Shown here piece by piece: positions 29,133-39,314 of a DNA stretch of 64,000 nt. Both the position numbers and the translations under genes were made by a program. The notes under the pieces were generated by a model. That model was not told the DNA's origin and did not search any database. It saw only the letters and a program-made list of their open reading frames with translations. The DNA lies in the IMG/VR virus record IMGVR_UViG_3300030098_005028, positions 32,001 through 96,000 of that record. One strand, written 5' to 3'. The stretch is from a virus. The first letter of the stretch is position 1; every line of letters starts with the position of its first letter.

Positions 29133-29918
29133 TCATTTTAATTTGATGTAGGATATCCATGTATAATCTGACGCTTCATTTGCGTATATGTCAAAATCTT
29201 TCTTGCGATCTGTTAATAAAGGGTCTGCCGTAATGTCTAGGTACTGCTGCCTGCTGATTTTAGCCCATTTATAGCCACGATCAGAATCTACGGCAGAATA
29301 AATAGGAGGAAACTCATAGTATATCTCTATGTTGTCTTTCAGCCATTGTGCATCTTTTGTATTCAATAATAAGGACGACTTAGGAGAATATGACCTTTCG
29401 CCTTCACTCAAAGGCTCCATGTTGGCAACATTTCCATAAACCGGATGATAGCTATTACCTCTTCCATCGTGGTAGTTATCTTCGTACAGTATGTGTGTAA
29501 ACCCATGATGTGCGGCTTGTTTTACTCTATCAAGACCATAGTGGTCATCAAAAAAGCATAGTGTCTTGCTTTTATCAACTGAGTCCCAATTGATATTGTT
29601 AAAATCTGTAGTTGTGTATTTTATGCGTGGCGATATATATTGTCGAACAAGAAGGTTTGGATCAATAGATATAATTTTTGCATTTGGACATGTAGTTTCT
29701 AGTAGCCAAGAACTTTGGCCTTTCCATATACCACTTTCAATAATGTATTCAGGTTGAAGCTGTCTACACAAGAACCATGTAGCAAACATATGGGAGGAAG
29801 ACATTCCTCCTCCGTTATTACGAATCGGACGAGACGCATATACTCTCAAAAAATCTTCTAGGGAATCAATTAGGTTTTTGTTTTCCCACTGTACTTTTCC
29901 TATAGTCTCATACTTCAT
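29133..29918 (-). CDS. Methyltransferase-fold protein
   Basis: 'P..IIESG..KGQS.W', 'SIDP', 'FFDDH', 'EDNY'. Confidence 0.55.
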   Translation of the reverse strand: MKYETIGKVQWENKNLIDSLEDFLRVYASRPIRNNGGGMSSSHMFATWFLCRQLQPEYIIESGIWKGQSSWLLETTCPNAKIISIDPNLLVRQYISPRIKYTTTDFNNINWDSVDKSKTLCFFDDHYGLDRVKQAAHHGFTHILYEDNYHDGRGNSYHPVYGNVANMEPLSEGERSYSPKSSLLLNTKDAQWLKDNIEIYYEFPPIYSAVDSDRGYKWAKISRQQYLDITADPLLTDRKKDFDIYANEASDYTWISYIKLK

Positions 29919-29942
29919 AGGATAATCCCTTACTTGATAGCA

Positions 29943-30773
29943 TTATTCAAAAACCAACTCAACTTCTTGATGACACCCAACGATATTGCTAAAGTCCATC
30001 TTGTCTATATTTATTCTTTTTCCATCAATGTATTTATCATTTAGTTCTTTTAGTGATATTCCATAAAATTCACCGCTTTGGTTTTCAGATGATCCAACAA
30101 TGTTAATTGGCGTATTTACCAATACACTCTCCTTAAAGGAACACATTAGTGGAAAAAGCTGAGTTCCGACTGGAAACCTGCCTTCTAAAGAATTTGGAGT
30201 GTCATAACCATAAGAATCCAGTATTTCTATCATGTCAGACTTTCTGTAAACATGACCATCTACAGAAAAAGGATACCCGAAGTTAGAAGAGGAGGGCAGC
30301 AAGTACCATTCCCAGCCCATAAATCTATCATGTATCCAAGCACAATTTTTGGGTGTCTCTGATATTGTCTTCTTATAGGGATTTTGAATATATGTGTTTT
30401 CTCCTAATCTAAGAGATAGACACATAGCTTGATCTATATTGAACAAATTTTCTATTTCTTCATAGGAAGCCTCCATCTTCCTGTAGAGTATACTGTCATC
30501 TGTAAAGAAACAGAACAATTCATCCTGCTTTGTATGCTCCTTTAATATATACATAAGACTTTCTTTGAAACCGTATTCTGGCTTTTGTTCTTTGAACATC
30601 GTTGCCTGCGGCTTTTCTGACCTAAGAAGATTATATCCTCTTTGGAAAGAGTTATCGCTGGCAGTGAATAGAACATTTAAGTCAAATATGCCCGGAGCAT
30701 TCTTATGTATACTCTCAATACAAGCCTGTAATTGGGCAGGCCTATCTTTAGAAAAGATTATTCCTGTTATCAT
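29943..30773 (-). CDS. GT-A glycosyltransferase-like protein
   Basis: 'IIFSKDRPAQL', 'FFTDD', 'SLRLG', 'YP.S.DG'. Confidence 0.7.
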   Translation of the reverse strand: MITGIIFSKDRPAQLQACIESIHKNAPGIFDLNVLFTASDNSFQRGYNLLRSEKPQATMFKEQKPEYGFKESLMYILKEHTKQDELFCFFTDDSILYRKMEASYEEIENLFNIDQAMCLSLRLGENTYIQNPYKKTISETPKNCAWIHDRFMGWEWYLLPSSSNFGYPFSVDGHVYRKSDMIEILDSYGYDTPNSLEGRFPVGTQLFPLMCSFKESVLVNTPINIVGSSENQSGEFYGISLKELNDKYIDGKRINIDKMDFSNIVGCHQEVELVFE

Positions 30774-31689
30774 TAAACCACTCTATTGTGTCTTCCAGTC
30801 CTTCAGACAGTGAGGTCTCTGCCTCGAATCCAAATTCCTTAGCTCTACTAGTATCTAAACATCTTCTAGGCTGGCCATCTGGTTTGGATGTATCCCAGAC
30901 AATCTCACCAGTGTAACCCATTTTTTCAGATATAAGGGCAACTAAATCTCTTATAGTTATCTCTTTTCCTGTACCAATATTAACAGGCTGTGGATCATTG
31001 TGTTGTTCCATAGCAGCAACTATAGCTTCCGCACAGTCTTCAACAAACAAAAACTCTCTACTTGCAGATCCACTTCCCCATACAACAACTTCTTTTTTGT
31101 TGCTCTTTATGGCTTCGTCAAACTTTAAAATTAAAGCAGGAATAACATGACTAATTGCTGGATCAAAGTTATCATTTGGCCCATACATATTTACTGGTAT
31201 TAAGTTTACTCCATTAAAACCATATTGTTCTTTGTAGGAAATTATCATTTGCATCAATGCTTTTTTTGCTATTCCATAAGGAGCATTTGTTTCCTCTGGA
31301 TAACCATTCCATATTTCTTCTTCTTTAAACGGCACAGGAGTAAACTTTGGATAAGCACAGACCGTTCCAATCATCACGAATTTTTTTAGATCATAATGCC
31401 TTGCTGTTTCGATAACATTCATTCCCATAGCCAAGTTGTCATGAATGAATTTTCCGGGATTTTCTTTATTTGCCCCAATCCCTCCGACCTTAGCTGCTAG
31501 ATGAAGTACAACTTTTGGATTAAACATATCAAAAACTCCCGCACACAAGACTGGATCAGTCAAATCATAGACAGAACCTACGGGAAATATTTTTTTGTAT
31601 CCTTTAAACTTGAGTTCTTGAAGAACTGACTTTCCTAAAAATCCAGTTGCTCCAGTTAGCAAGATGCTATCGTCTTTATTTATTTCCAT
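30748..31689 (-). CDS. fcl: GDP-L-fucose synthase
   Basis: 'AAKVGGI.AN', 'CAYPK', 'PEETNAPYG.AK', 'P.N.YGP.DNF', 'SHVIPAL', 'WG.G..SREF', 'KPDGQPRR'. Confidence 0.95.
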   Translation of the reverse strand: MEINKDDSILLTGATGFLGKSVLQELKFKGYKKIFPVGSVYDLTDPVLCAGVFDMFNPKVVLHLAAKVGGIGANKENPGKFIHDNLAMGMNVIETARHYDLKKFVMIGTVCAYPKFTPVPFKEEEIWNGYPEETNAPYGIAKKALMQMIISYKEQYGFNGVNLIPVNMYGPNDNFDPAISHVIPALILKFDEAIKSNKKEVVVWGSGSASREFLFVEDCAEAIVAAMEQHNDPQPVNIGTGKEITIRDLVALISEKMGYTGEIVWDTSKPDGQPRRCLDTSRAKEFGFEAETSLSEGLEDTIEWFNDNRNNLF

Positions 31690-32704
31690 TTAAAATCTCC
31701 AAACATTTTTCCGCTTCTTCTTTGTATTGTAAGTGACGTAGCAGACTATTTATCCTGTGGCAATATGTATGTTCTTTCATGACAGTCTCATAACAAGCCT
31801 CTGCATGAGACTTTCTTAAATTAGGACTATCAATAAAATATTCTATCATCTTGATAAATTCATTTTCGTCTCTTGCGACTGGCATCTCATTCTTTGTGAA
31901 TACATCTTCTACAAGAGAGTCTATATGATCGGAGATACAAAAAGACTTGCAAGCAGAAATTTTGAAAACTCTTTCATTAACTTCAAATCCAAACTTATTT
32001 GCGTGAGGCTCGCTTACATTTGGGCATATCTTAGAAGAACAGAATAATTTTCTTACGGTGTCATCATCTGTTACACCGCAATATTGTGGTATTCCCCATC
32101 CAGTACCAAATACTTTCATTCTATATTTACCAACCGGATTAGTAAGTGGGAATAGATACTTAGATAAATTTTGACCTTTATAAGACCAGTAGCCACCAAC
32201 AAATGAAATATCACACTCAAGTTTTTCATCAGGATAGTCTGGGTAGTACACAAAGTGATCTGCTGCTGGCTGCATAGGAATAACATTTATTCCACTATCA
32301 ATCCAAGAAAGCATAGTGTCATGTATTCTTTTAGGATGATAAAAATTGAACAGGGAGAGCCTGTCGCCTATTAGTTGAGAAAGCTTGTAAGCACTTTCTT
32401 TTTCTTTCTGATCAGCAATACCAATTGGGTATTTTTTAATATCTATTATGTCGTCGTAAGGCCCCCAATTATTTGCTTTCAATACTGCCTTAGTATTATT
32501 TATAGCTAAACATTTCGCTGTAGCCCTATCTAAATCATAGGTCGTACCTATAAAAATATCTGGCTTAAACTCATCGAAACAATCAAAGATAGGCTTTGTA
32601 CCATCCCACCATGCCCAGTCCCATCCAATAGACGTAAATACATTCTTCCACCCAGAAATAATGTGGTGTAAAGCAGATGGAAATGTTTTAGACAATACTC
32701 TCAT
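31676..32704 (-). CDS. GT-B glycosyltransferase (CgeB/Glyco_trans_1_2-like)
   Basis: 'DISFVG', 'SKI..N', 'NERVF', 'EHTY.HR'. Confidence 0.8.
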   Translation of the reverse strand: MRVLSKTFPSALHHIISGWKNVFTSIGWDWAWWDGTKPIFDCFDEFKPDIFIGTTYDLDRATAKCLAINNTKAVLKANNWGPYDDIIDIKKYPIGIADQKEKESAYKLSQLIGDRLSLFNFYHPKRIHDTMLSWIDSGINVIPMQPAADHFVYYPDYPDEKLECDISFVGGYWSYKGQNLSKYLFPLTNPVGKYRMKVFGTGWGIPQYCGVTDDDTVRKLFCSSKICPNVSEPHANKFGFEVNERVFKISACKSFCISDHIDSLVEDVFTKNEMPVARDENEFIKMIEYFIDSPNLRKSHAEACYETVMKEHTYCHRINSLLRHLQYKEEAEKCLEILNGNK

Positions 32705-33447
32705 ATTAACTTTATATTCATATTTAGTGTCTGTAAGTCTTTAGGAGAATCTATTTCAAAAATTCTCATACCATTGGGTTCAGATCCAGCAAACCTTCCC
32801 CCTTCTTCTATTACTTTATTTATTGCTTCGTATCCAAACCATTTTTCATGATTGTCTTGTATAGTTATATCTTCTAGATATGTCAATTCCCTGCCATGAA
32901 GATATGCTATCTGACACCATTTGTGTTTTAATCCAAAGGACAGGTTCGTCACCACGTTGTCATCAGACAAGAGAAGCCCAACCTCCTCATCTTTAAAAAA
33001 ACCTTTTGTATCGACGACTAACTTTGATACTCCATCGTGAATACCTTTGATAGCTTTGTAATTAAAGACTAAGTCTCCATACATCAACAACACATTTTTT
33101 CTGTTGCAAACTTGTAAGCCAATGCCAATGCTTCGGCATACATTGTTATTTTCATAATCAAAGTTGTATACAAGTTTTACCGGATATCTTCTTCTTATCT
33201 TTTCTCTTACTAGGTTTGCACCAAATCCCACTACGACAATTATTTCACTTTGAGGATAATATTTATGTATTAGCTTTATTTGTCTCTCAATTATTGAGCT
33301 ATCTTTAATATGTATCAAAGACTTTGGCCCATGAGACTTCATCCTTCTTCCTATTCCAGCAGCAGGTATAACGACAGACAGATCTTCTCCCTTTTGATCT
33401 ACCTGTTGCTCTTTTGCTTTGACTACATTTCTAGACGCTGCTGACAT
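32701..33447 (-). CDS. NTP transferase (LicC/phosphocholine cytidylyltransferase-like)
   Basis: 'IPAAGIGRRM....PKSL', 'N..Y..NN', 'GD', 'EIDS..DL'. Confidence 0.75.
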   Translation of the reverse strand: MSAASRNVVKAKEQQVDQKGEDLSVVIPAAGIGRRMKSHGPKSLIHIKDSSIIERQIKLIHKYYPQSEIIVVVGFGANLVREKIRRRYPVKLVYNFDYENNNVCRSIGIGLQVCNRKNVLLMYGDLVFNYKAIKGIHDGVSKLVVDTKGFFKDEEVGLLLSDDNVVTNLSFGLKHKWCQIAYLHGRELTYLEDITIQDNHEKWFGYEAINKVIEEGGRFAGSEPNGMRIFEIDSPKDLQTLNMNIKLI

Positions 33448-33459
33448 TACGATTCCGCA

Positions 33460-34206
33460 TTAAGTTGATTGAGAGGATTCCTTTTGCAATCTAATTCTAT
33501 CCCTTATCTTTTCCCAGTTTTTGTGCCATATTTCTGAAGGCACTGTATCTGATGCATTGAATCCTGTTACAGAATATGTTGACAACGGAACAGGTATATG
33601 TATAGCAACAAATTTACTTGTAATTCTTAGCCACAAGTCCCAGTCTTCGGCTGTCCTCATAGACTCATCATAAAGACCAACTTGATCTAATGCCTTTTTA
33701 TTTATAAGAGGAGTATTGGAGATGATGCACTCCTTCTCTATTTCCTCTCTACTGTATGGTCTTCTTAGTTCGAGCATCTGCGTATTATTCTCTATGTTTT
33801 GAATTAATACATCAGCATATACAAGACCTATGTTAGAAATGTCTTCTTTAATTATTTCTACAGACATACTAATCTTATTTGGAAGATAAGTGTCATCTGC
33901 ATCCAGCATGCAAAAGAAGTCAGTTTCATTCCAAAATTTTTGTATTGCTACATTCCTTGCGGCAGATGGGCCTGTAGGAAATGTATTGTATATAGCGTCT
34001 ATACCTATCTCTTCAGACATTGATTCTATTTTTTGTTTAGAACCATCAGTAGATCCATCATCTACTACGACAACACGTTTATTTCCATAGTCTTGATCTA
34101 GAACACTTTGAACTGCACGCTCAACATACATTTCGTGATTGTGACATGGAATTACAACTGTTACGCTTGGAGTACTTGTTCCAGATTTCTTACCAAGTGT
34201 TTGCAT
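33460..34206 (-). CDS. GT2 glycosyltransferase
   Basis: 'VVIP.HN', 'VVDDGSTD', 'G.S.ARN', 'LDADD', 'EDWDLW'. Confidence 0.93.
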   Translation of the reverse strand: MQTLGKKSGTSTPSVTVVIPCHNHEMYVERAVQSVLDQDYGNKRVVVVDDGSTDGSKQKIESMSEEIGIDAIYNTFPTGPSAARNVAIQKFWNETDFFCMLDADDTYLPNKISMSVEIIKEDISNIGLVYADVLIQNIENNTQMLELRRPYSREEIEKECIISNTPLINKKALDQVGLYDESMRTAEDWDLWLRITSKFVAIHIPVPLSTYSVTGFNASDTVPSEIWHKNWEKIRDRIRLQKESSQST

Positions 34207-35048
34207 CCTTGACTCTCCGAAATTCTCTTTATTTTGTCAATAAATAATTCTTCTCTTTCCTCTTCCGTGTCCAAATTTCCACCAGTCATTTTGTAGGCTT
34301 TCGTCTGGTACACGTCTCCATTTCCCTCATCTCCTTCTATGGCTAATATCTGTTCAAGATCATCAACTATCGCTGTGTTTATTTTTGAGTAGAAATCTTT
34401 TATTGGTATATGTCCAGCATCAAATACGCTTATATAACCAAAGAAATTAGCATTAACCTTATTAGCGGCAATATTAACGCAAAGTCCTCTTGTTAGTGAT
34501 TTATCATTTATATGTTCGATTGAAAAACTTATGTTAAATCTATTACAAAGTCTTTTTAATCCTATTGGCTGTATAGAAGAATTGTTGTTGATAAATGTTA
34601 CATGTTTAGGTTGAAGGTCTTGTTCTAATACAGATATCAATGTTTCTTCAACATCTTCCATATCATTACTTTCGCTGATATAAATTATGCATTTGAATTT
34701 TATTTTTGACTCTCTTCTTACTGCGAAGACTGGGTCTTTATGTACGTTGGCCCAGTCCTCGTTTCTCCAAAAAACACAATATCTGTCACGAATGACAAAG
34801 AACTCATTTCCTTGGTCATCATAGCAGTCATCAACAACGACACCCTTATCTTTGAACTTTTGTATTCTTCCTAACTCACAAGAAGTTTGTGTGTTTTCCT
34901 CATAAACTGCGAAAATGCAATTTCTGCACACCGTCTCTGGCGTTTCGGCTTCAGGTGAGAGATGAGATTCTTGCTTTAATGTTTTGTCTAAGAAAGCATC
35001 GGGCGGCTCTGCAAATTCATTGGAAAGACGATCATTATCTTCTGACAT
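34161..35048 (-). CDS. Hypothetical protein (N-terminal Cys cluster, possible degenerate GT-A fold)
   Basis: 295 aa; 'CRNC...C...C' followed by 'L.SV..Q...P' and 'VFDAG'. Confidence 0.45.
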   Translation of the reverse strand: MSEDNDRLSNEFAEPPDAFLDKTLKQESHLSPEAETPETVCRNCIFAVYEENTQTSCELGRIQKFKDKGVVVDDCYDDQGNEFFVIRDRYCVFWRNEDWANVHKDPVFAVRRESKIKFKCIIYISESNDMEDVEETLISVLEQDLQPKHVTFINNNSSIQPIGLKRLCNRFNISFSIEHINDKSLTRGLCVNIAANKVNANFFGYISVFDAGHIPIKDFYSKINTAIVDDLEQILAIEGDEGNGDVYQTKAYKMTGGNLDTEEEREELFIDKIKRISESQGCKHLVRNLEQVLQA

Positions 35049-35509
35049 TATGGTCTTTGTCCCTCTACTAATAACTTATGTTCAAAAGTCTGTTTTTTAA
35101 TTATCTTTAACCCATGTGTTGACTCTAGATAATGAGCTAAACTAATTACAGTGATAGCGTTTTTTCTGATAAACGGTTCTTCTTCACCATATAGCATAGA
35201 ATTTATGTCTGCTATACTAATGTCGTGTTCATAAAAAGACTTGCATATAGAATGTGAGTCAGCAGCACCAATAATTATTTTTCCACCATGTCTAAGTTTG
35301 CTGACCCAATGGTCTATTATACCTAACACTTCATTTTTACAGAAAAAATTTATAACATCTAATGCTAATATTTCAGAAGCTTCTGCGTCGTCAATGAATT
35401 CTGTCAAGTCTGTCATGTTTCCATGATGACAACCTTCAGAAGCACCTAAATGGTTTACATTCAAATATCCACTGAGTGGTGCGCCTCCATATAATAAGTT
35501 AACCTTCAT
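35048..35509 (-). CDS. Short methyltransferase-like protein
   Basis: 'KVNL..G....GY.N', 'L..GG.I.I'. Confidence 0.55.
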   Translation of the reverse strand: MKVNLLYGGAPLSGYLNVNHLGASEGCHHGNMTDLTEFIDDAEASEILALDVINFFCKNEVLGIIDHWVSKLRHGGKIIIGAADSHSICKSFYEHDISIADINSMLYGEEEPFIRKNAITVISLAHYLESTHGLKIIKKQTFEHKLLVEGQRP

Positions 35510-36524
35510 CTGATGCTTCCTCGAATAGTATATTCCAATTTGTTAAAAATTTGTCTAAAGAAAATCTTTCTTCTATTGTTTTTCTCGCCGCTTCACCCAT
35601 TTTTTTTGCTAAAGAATCATTTAAAAGAAGTTCTTGTGTGTACTGACGAAGATCCATTGGGTCATTAGACAGAAATCCATTCACTCCATGTTCTATAATT
35701 TCTGGAATCATACAATTATTTGTAGAGACTATAGCACATCCGCAAGACATCGCCTCTAACATAGATGTAGGTATTGGTGATGCTGTAGACGTATTTAGAT
35801 AAACTCTTGAGTTATCGTAAACAGAAGCCAGTTCTTTAGTATCAGTAGCAGGTTTTGATATTCCGGGATTGTCACCAATAACTTTGACGGGAACGACTTG
35901 ATTATGAGGAAAGCCAGTAGCGGTTCTCCATAGCGTAAACCCACAGCACCAGTCTCTGTTAGCCCAATCATTAACAACTGACAGGGCAACCTTTTCCCTG
36001 TCTAATATATCTGTAGAGCATTTAAAAACATCCATATCAATTCCATGATGGATAACATGATATGGGTTTTCCCACTCCCATGCTTGCCTATTGTATTCTG
36101 AAATATACACATTGTAGTCAGCAATCATCTTTTTGCTCTCTGTCAATGCATCTTGATGCAAGGGGTTTGCTGTAGTCGTAGTGGTATGTTCTATATTGAT
36201 AAGAGAACAGCCTATCTGTCTGGCTAGATCTTGTCCTACCCAAAATTGTCCATACTTATTCTGACTAAGGACAAGGTCTATATCTATGTACGAAGGAACT
36301 TCTATATTATCTGGATTAGAATATATGATATGGTAGTTGCTTGGAATTTCCGCATACTGTTCATTCCAGTTTCCTTTTGTAAAGTCTTTTATTGCGAGAG
36401 AATAGAAGTTATGGCCTGTCTTACATAAGTTGCTTTCATATCTCTCATGAGTAGGAAAAGTTATTATGTTTAGAGGTTCGCCTTTTTCTCTAGTCGCTTT
36501 TCTAAGTAATGTTCTTAATAGCAT
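35499..36524 (-). CDS. GT4 glycosyltransferase
   Basis: 'I.HGID', 'P.S.LEAMSCG..IVS', 'I.HG.NG'. Confidence 0.9.
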   Translation of the reverse strand: MLLRTLLRKATREKGEPLNIITFPTHERYESNLCKTGHNFYSLAIKDFTKGNWNEQYAEIPSNYHIIYSNPDNIEVPSYIDIDLVLSQNKYGQFWVGQDLARQIGCSLINIEHTTTTTANPLHQDALTESKKMIADYNVYISEYNRQAWEWENPYHVIHHGIDMDVFKCSTDILDREKVALSVVNDWANRDWCCGFTLWRTATGFPHNQVVPVKVIGDNPGISKPATDTKELASVYDNSRVYLNTSTASPIPTSMLEAMSCGCAIVSTNNCMIPEIIEHGVNGFLSNDPMDLRQYTQELLLNDSLAKKMGEAARKTIEERFSLDKFLTNWNILFEEASDEG

Positions 36525-37629
36525 CTTTCATTTCTTTCCCAACATTGCTCAACGAAAAATCATAAGCCCTATTAATTCCAGAATCAGACTTGCTTTTCCT
36601 TTTTTCATGATCTTTGTATGCTTCTCTCATGCATCTCATCAAGTCAAGAACATCAATGTTCCACCAGTTCTCTCTGGCAGAAAACATTGAAGGAAGAGAG
36701 CTATTACTCATTCCAAAAACAGGTTCTTGATTATTCTTGACAAGCCATCCATTACTGTCGTCGATAAATTCAGTCATCCCGCCTACATTATTAACGATAG
36801 GTGTATTTCCCATAGCCATTGCATCAAAAGCAGGCATGCACCATCCTTCACCAAAAGACGGCATTACAAAACAGTCACATGTCTGATGAACAACCATCAT
36901 CATTTCCTGACTAAGATTTTGACAGAGAATGAGTTCTTGCTTATAGTCATTTTTGTTTTTATATATTTTAAGTTCTGTTTTAACTGTGTCACACATTTCC
37001 TGTACTTTTTGCGAGCATTCAGCGTCTGACATTCCCGAAAGATTCGCCTTTATTAACAGGTGTACATTTTCAGAAGGAGCAAACTCTAAATGAAAAGCCT
37101 TGAGCAAAGCTACTAGATTTTTTCTTCGTGTTACTTCACCAACAAAGTAGAAAACAAAATTGTCTTTTAGTTCTGGTAACTGTTGATATAAGTTGTCATA
37201 TTCTTTTTCATAAACAGAAGTGTCTACTGGAACATGAAACTTTCTAATTGGAATATTAACTCCACTGGATTCAGAAACTTTTCTTGATTGAAAGTTTGCT
37301 ACCCAAGCTTCATCTAAGAGATTTATCTTTTCTACCCATCCAGATCTTTTTATGCTACTAGTCTCAGTAAAATACAATCCGACGTTCTTCAACTTGCCGT
37401 GATATTCCATCTGGTAAGGAAGTATATTTTGAATTACTAATTCACATCCACTGATATCTTTCTTCTCAAGCTCAAGTATTCTTTCTGGAACATCTGCTTG
37501 GTTGTTATTCAGTTTTATATGTCTAGGAACAACATCAACATTTGCAGCATCCAAAGCTAGTATGTAATTTTGGGCTGCGTTTCCCCACCCTGTTCCGTCT
37601 CTATAGACTCCAACAAATAAAGTTTTCAT
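36502..37629 (-). CDS. GT4 glycosyltransferase
   Basis: 'RKN...L..AF', 'DCFV.PS.GEGW..P..DAMA.G'. Confidence 0.9.
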   Translation of the reverse strand: MKTLFVGVYRDGTGWGNAAQNYILALDAANVDVVPRHIKLNNNQADVPERILELEKKDISGCELVIQNILPYQMEYHGKLKNVGLYFTETSSIKRSGWVEKINLLDEAWVANFQSRKVSESSGVNIPIRKFHVPVDTSVYEKEYDNLYQQLPELKDNFVFYFVGEVTRRKNLVALLKAFHLEFAPSENVHLLIKANLSGMSDAECSQKVQEMCDTVKTELKIYKNKNDYKQELILCQNLSQEMMMVVHQTCDCFVMPSFGEGWCMPAFDAMAMGNTPIVNNVGGMTEFIDDSNGWLVKNNQEPVFGMSNSSLPSMFSARENWWNIDVLDLMRCMREAYKDHEKRKSKSDSGINRAYDFSLSNVGKEMKDAIKNIT

Positions 37630-39314
37630 TTTGGATCAGCGGCCTTTATAAATTCTGGAACATAATCACTAGGATTTGTTCTGATATGCTCCCAATAGTT
37701 ATTTACTTCACACATTTCTTGGCAGAATTCAATCACCTCTTTAGATGTATAAGGAACTTGCGACCTTCTTCTCTCAGCAAATGCCGAAGATTCATCTAAA
37801 TTGTATGCACCATTGATTGGAGAAACAGAGAATCCTATGTTGAGGTCTCTAAGCATCCTTTGACATAGATAGCTATCTTTCTTACCTACGTCTCCCCATA
37901 TATTGCATATGCACCATTCAACAAAGTCTTTCTTAGACAAGTTAGTAGGAATTTCTTGCTGTGGATTATGTGTTCTTGCAGGAGAGTCCCAAGTCTGGTC
38001 ATGAGGAACTATCTCTACAGTATCAAAGTGGTCTTCCCATTTTTTTGCTGTTTTGTCCCAGTCGTATCTATCTGTTGCGCATTTGTAAGTATTCTTGGAA
38101 ATACTATCTCTTTCTTCTTTACTTTTTGAAAGTAGAGAATACAACTTTGTAATGAAATCTTCTTCTATTGGGTATGCTCTGTATGTGTGGGTCTCATATT
38201 CTCTGAACATAGTGCAGTCGATAGGCACGCCTCCTACATTTCTTACCACAGATGACATTGCAGAATAATCAACAGACATAACTGGCACGCCACAAAAAGC
38301 AGCTTCAACTTGTGGCATACCAAAGCCTTCACATATGCTGTACTGAACATAGACATCAAAACAGTTAATAATGTTTGCTAACTGCGAAGATGATATTCCT
38401 CCTTGAGTAGAAGGCATAAAAGCTGAAATATTACCCGTTGGAGGACAGACGGTTCTTCCTCCTTTAAAGAATGAAGGGAATGTATACTCACAATCTTTAC
38501 AGTCGTAAGTCACAAGCACTTTACTACCAACTCCTGATTCCCTTATTAATCTAGGAATGTCCCATCCTAAGTCTGGATAGGTTGTGTGCATGTAAAGATA
38601 AGTCTTCTCTCCAATCTCAGGGTATCGTTTCACAAACTCTGCAAATGCCTGAAGAAGCTCTGGGTATAGTTTTCTTTTTTGATTCCTCATGACGGTTCCA
38701 ATGATGAAAATATCATCTTCAAAACCCATTTCTTTACGAAATTTTTTCCTATCTTGTGGCGGCTTAAATATTTTTCTATCTGCCGCTGGAGAGCATATGT
38801 CTAATACCTCAATTAGGCCATTGGTCTCTTCCTCTAAAACTTCTTTTCCATATTCAGAATATGTGAACACGGCATCAGCATCCATATAGGTAGCAAGCCA
38901 TTCTTCTTGGTTTGGCGCTGAGTCTATAGTAGGCATAATTACCCAATGATAAAAAGGTCTAAAAGGAGACCTTTGCTCAAACTCCATCATCCACCAGTCA
39001 CGAATATCGCAAACTATGTCTGGCTTAAAGTTCAGACAGACATCTTCAAACCTCCAAGCCCCAAATTGATTCAATGCATTAGACATGTACTGTTGGTGTG
39101 CGACAGTATCATTTTCATGAGGAGCATTCCCATAAAACTTCCAAGGAATACCTGCTCTTCTTTTGTCGTCATAAGTTGAATAACAGGCGAACTCAGCAAG
39201 TTCGTATTTTCCAGTAGCATACAGTCTGGACATAACCTCCTTCGTATAGATGGAGTATCCAGTATGCATGAAAGATGCTTCTGTACAAAAAAGAATTCTA
39301 GGTTTTCTATTCAT
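37626..39314 (-). CDS. Large GT4 glycosyltransferase
   Basis: 'TGY', 'RNQ.RK', 'EGFG.P..EA..CGVP'; probable start 39314 (ORF track 39341). Confidence 0.88.
   Translation of the reverse strand: MNRKPRILFCTEASFMHTGYSIYTKEVMSRLYATGKYELAEFACYSTYDDKRRAGIPWKFYGNAPHENDTVAHQQYMSNALNQFGAWRFEDVCLNFKPDIVCDIRDWWMMEFEQRSPFRPFYHWVIMPTIDSAPNQEEWLATYMDADAVFTYSEYGKEVLEEETNGLIEVLDICSPAADRKIFKPPQDRKKFRKEMGFEDDIFIIGTVMRNQKRKLYPELLQAFAEFVKRYPEIGEKTYLYMHTTYPDLGWDIPRLIRESGVGSKVLVTYDCKDCEYTFPSFFKGGRTVCPPTGNISAFMPSTQGGISSSQLANIINCFDVYVQYSICEGFGMPQVEAAFCGVPVMSVDYSAMSSVVRNVGGVPIDCTMFREYETHTYRAYPIEEDFITKLYSLLSKSKEERDSISKNTYKCATDRYDWDKTAKKWEDHFDTVEIVPHDQTWDSPARTHNPQQEIPTNLSKKDFVEWCICNIWGDVGKKDSYLCQRMLRDLNIGFSVSPINGAYNLDESSAFAERRRSQVPYTSKEVIEFCQEMCEVNNYWEHIRTNPSDYVPEFIKAADPK

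Noticed and set aside
13557-39314. Island as a DNA-hypermodification cluster
   Set aside because: No base hydroxymethylase, TET/JBP or aGPT-type gene is recognisable in the window, and restriction sites appear strongly avoided. Disfavoured, not excluded.
13557-39314. Window is a bacterial chromosome O-antigen/capsule locus
   Set aside because: No flippase, polymerase or export genes; flanked seamlessly by phage-type genes and shares their k-mer avoidance.
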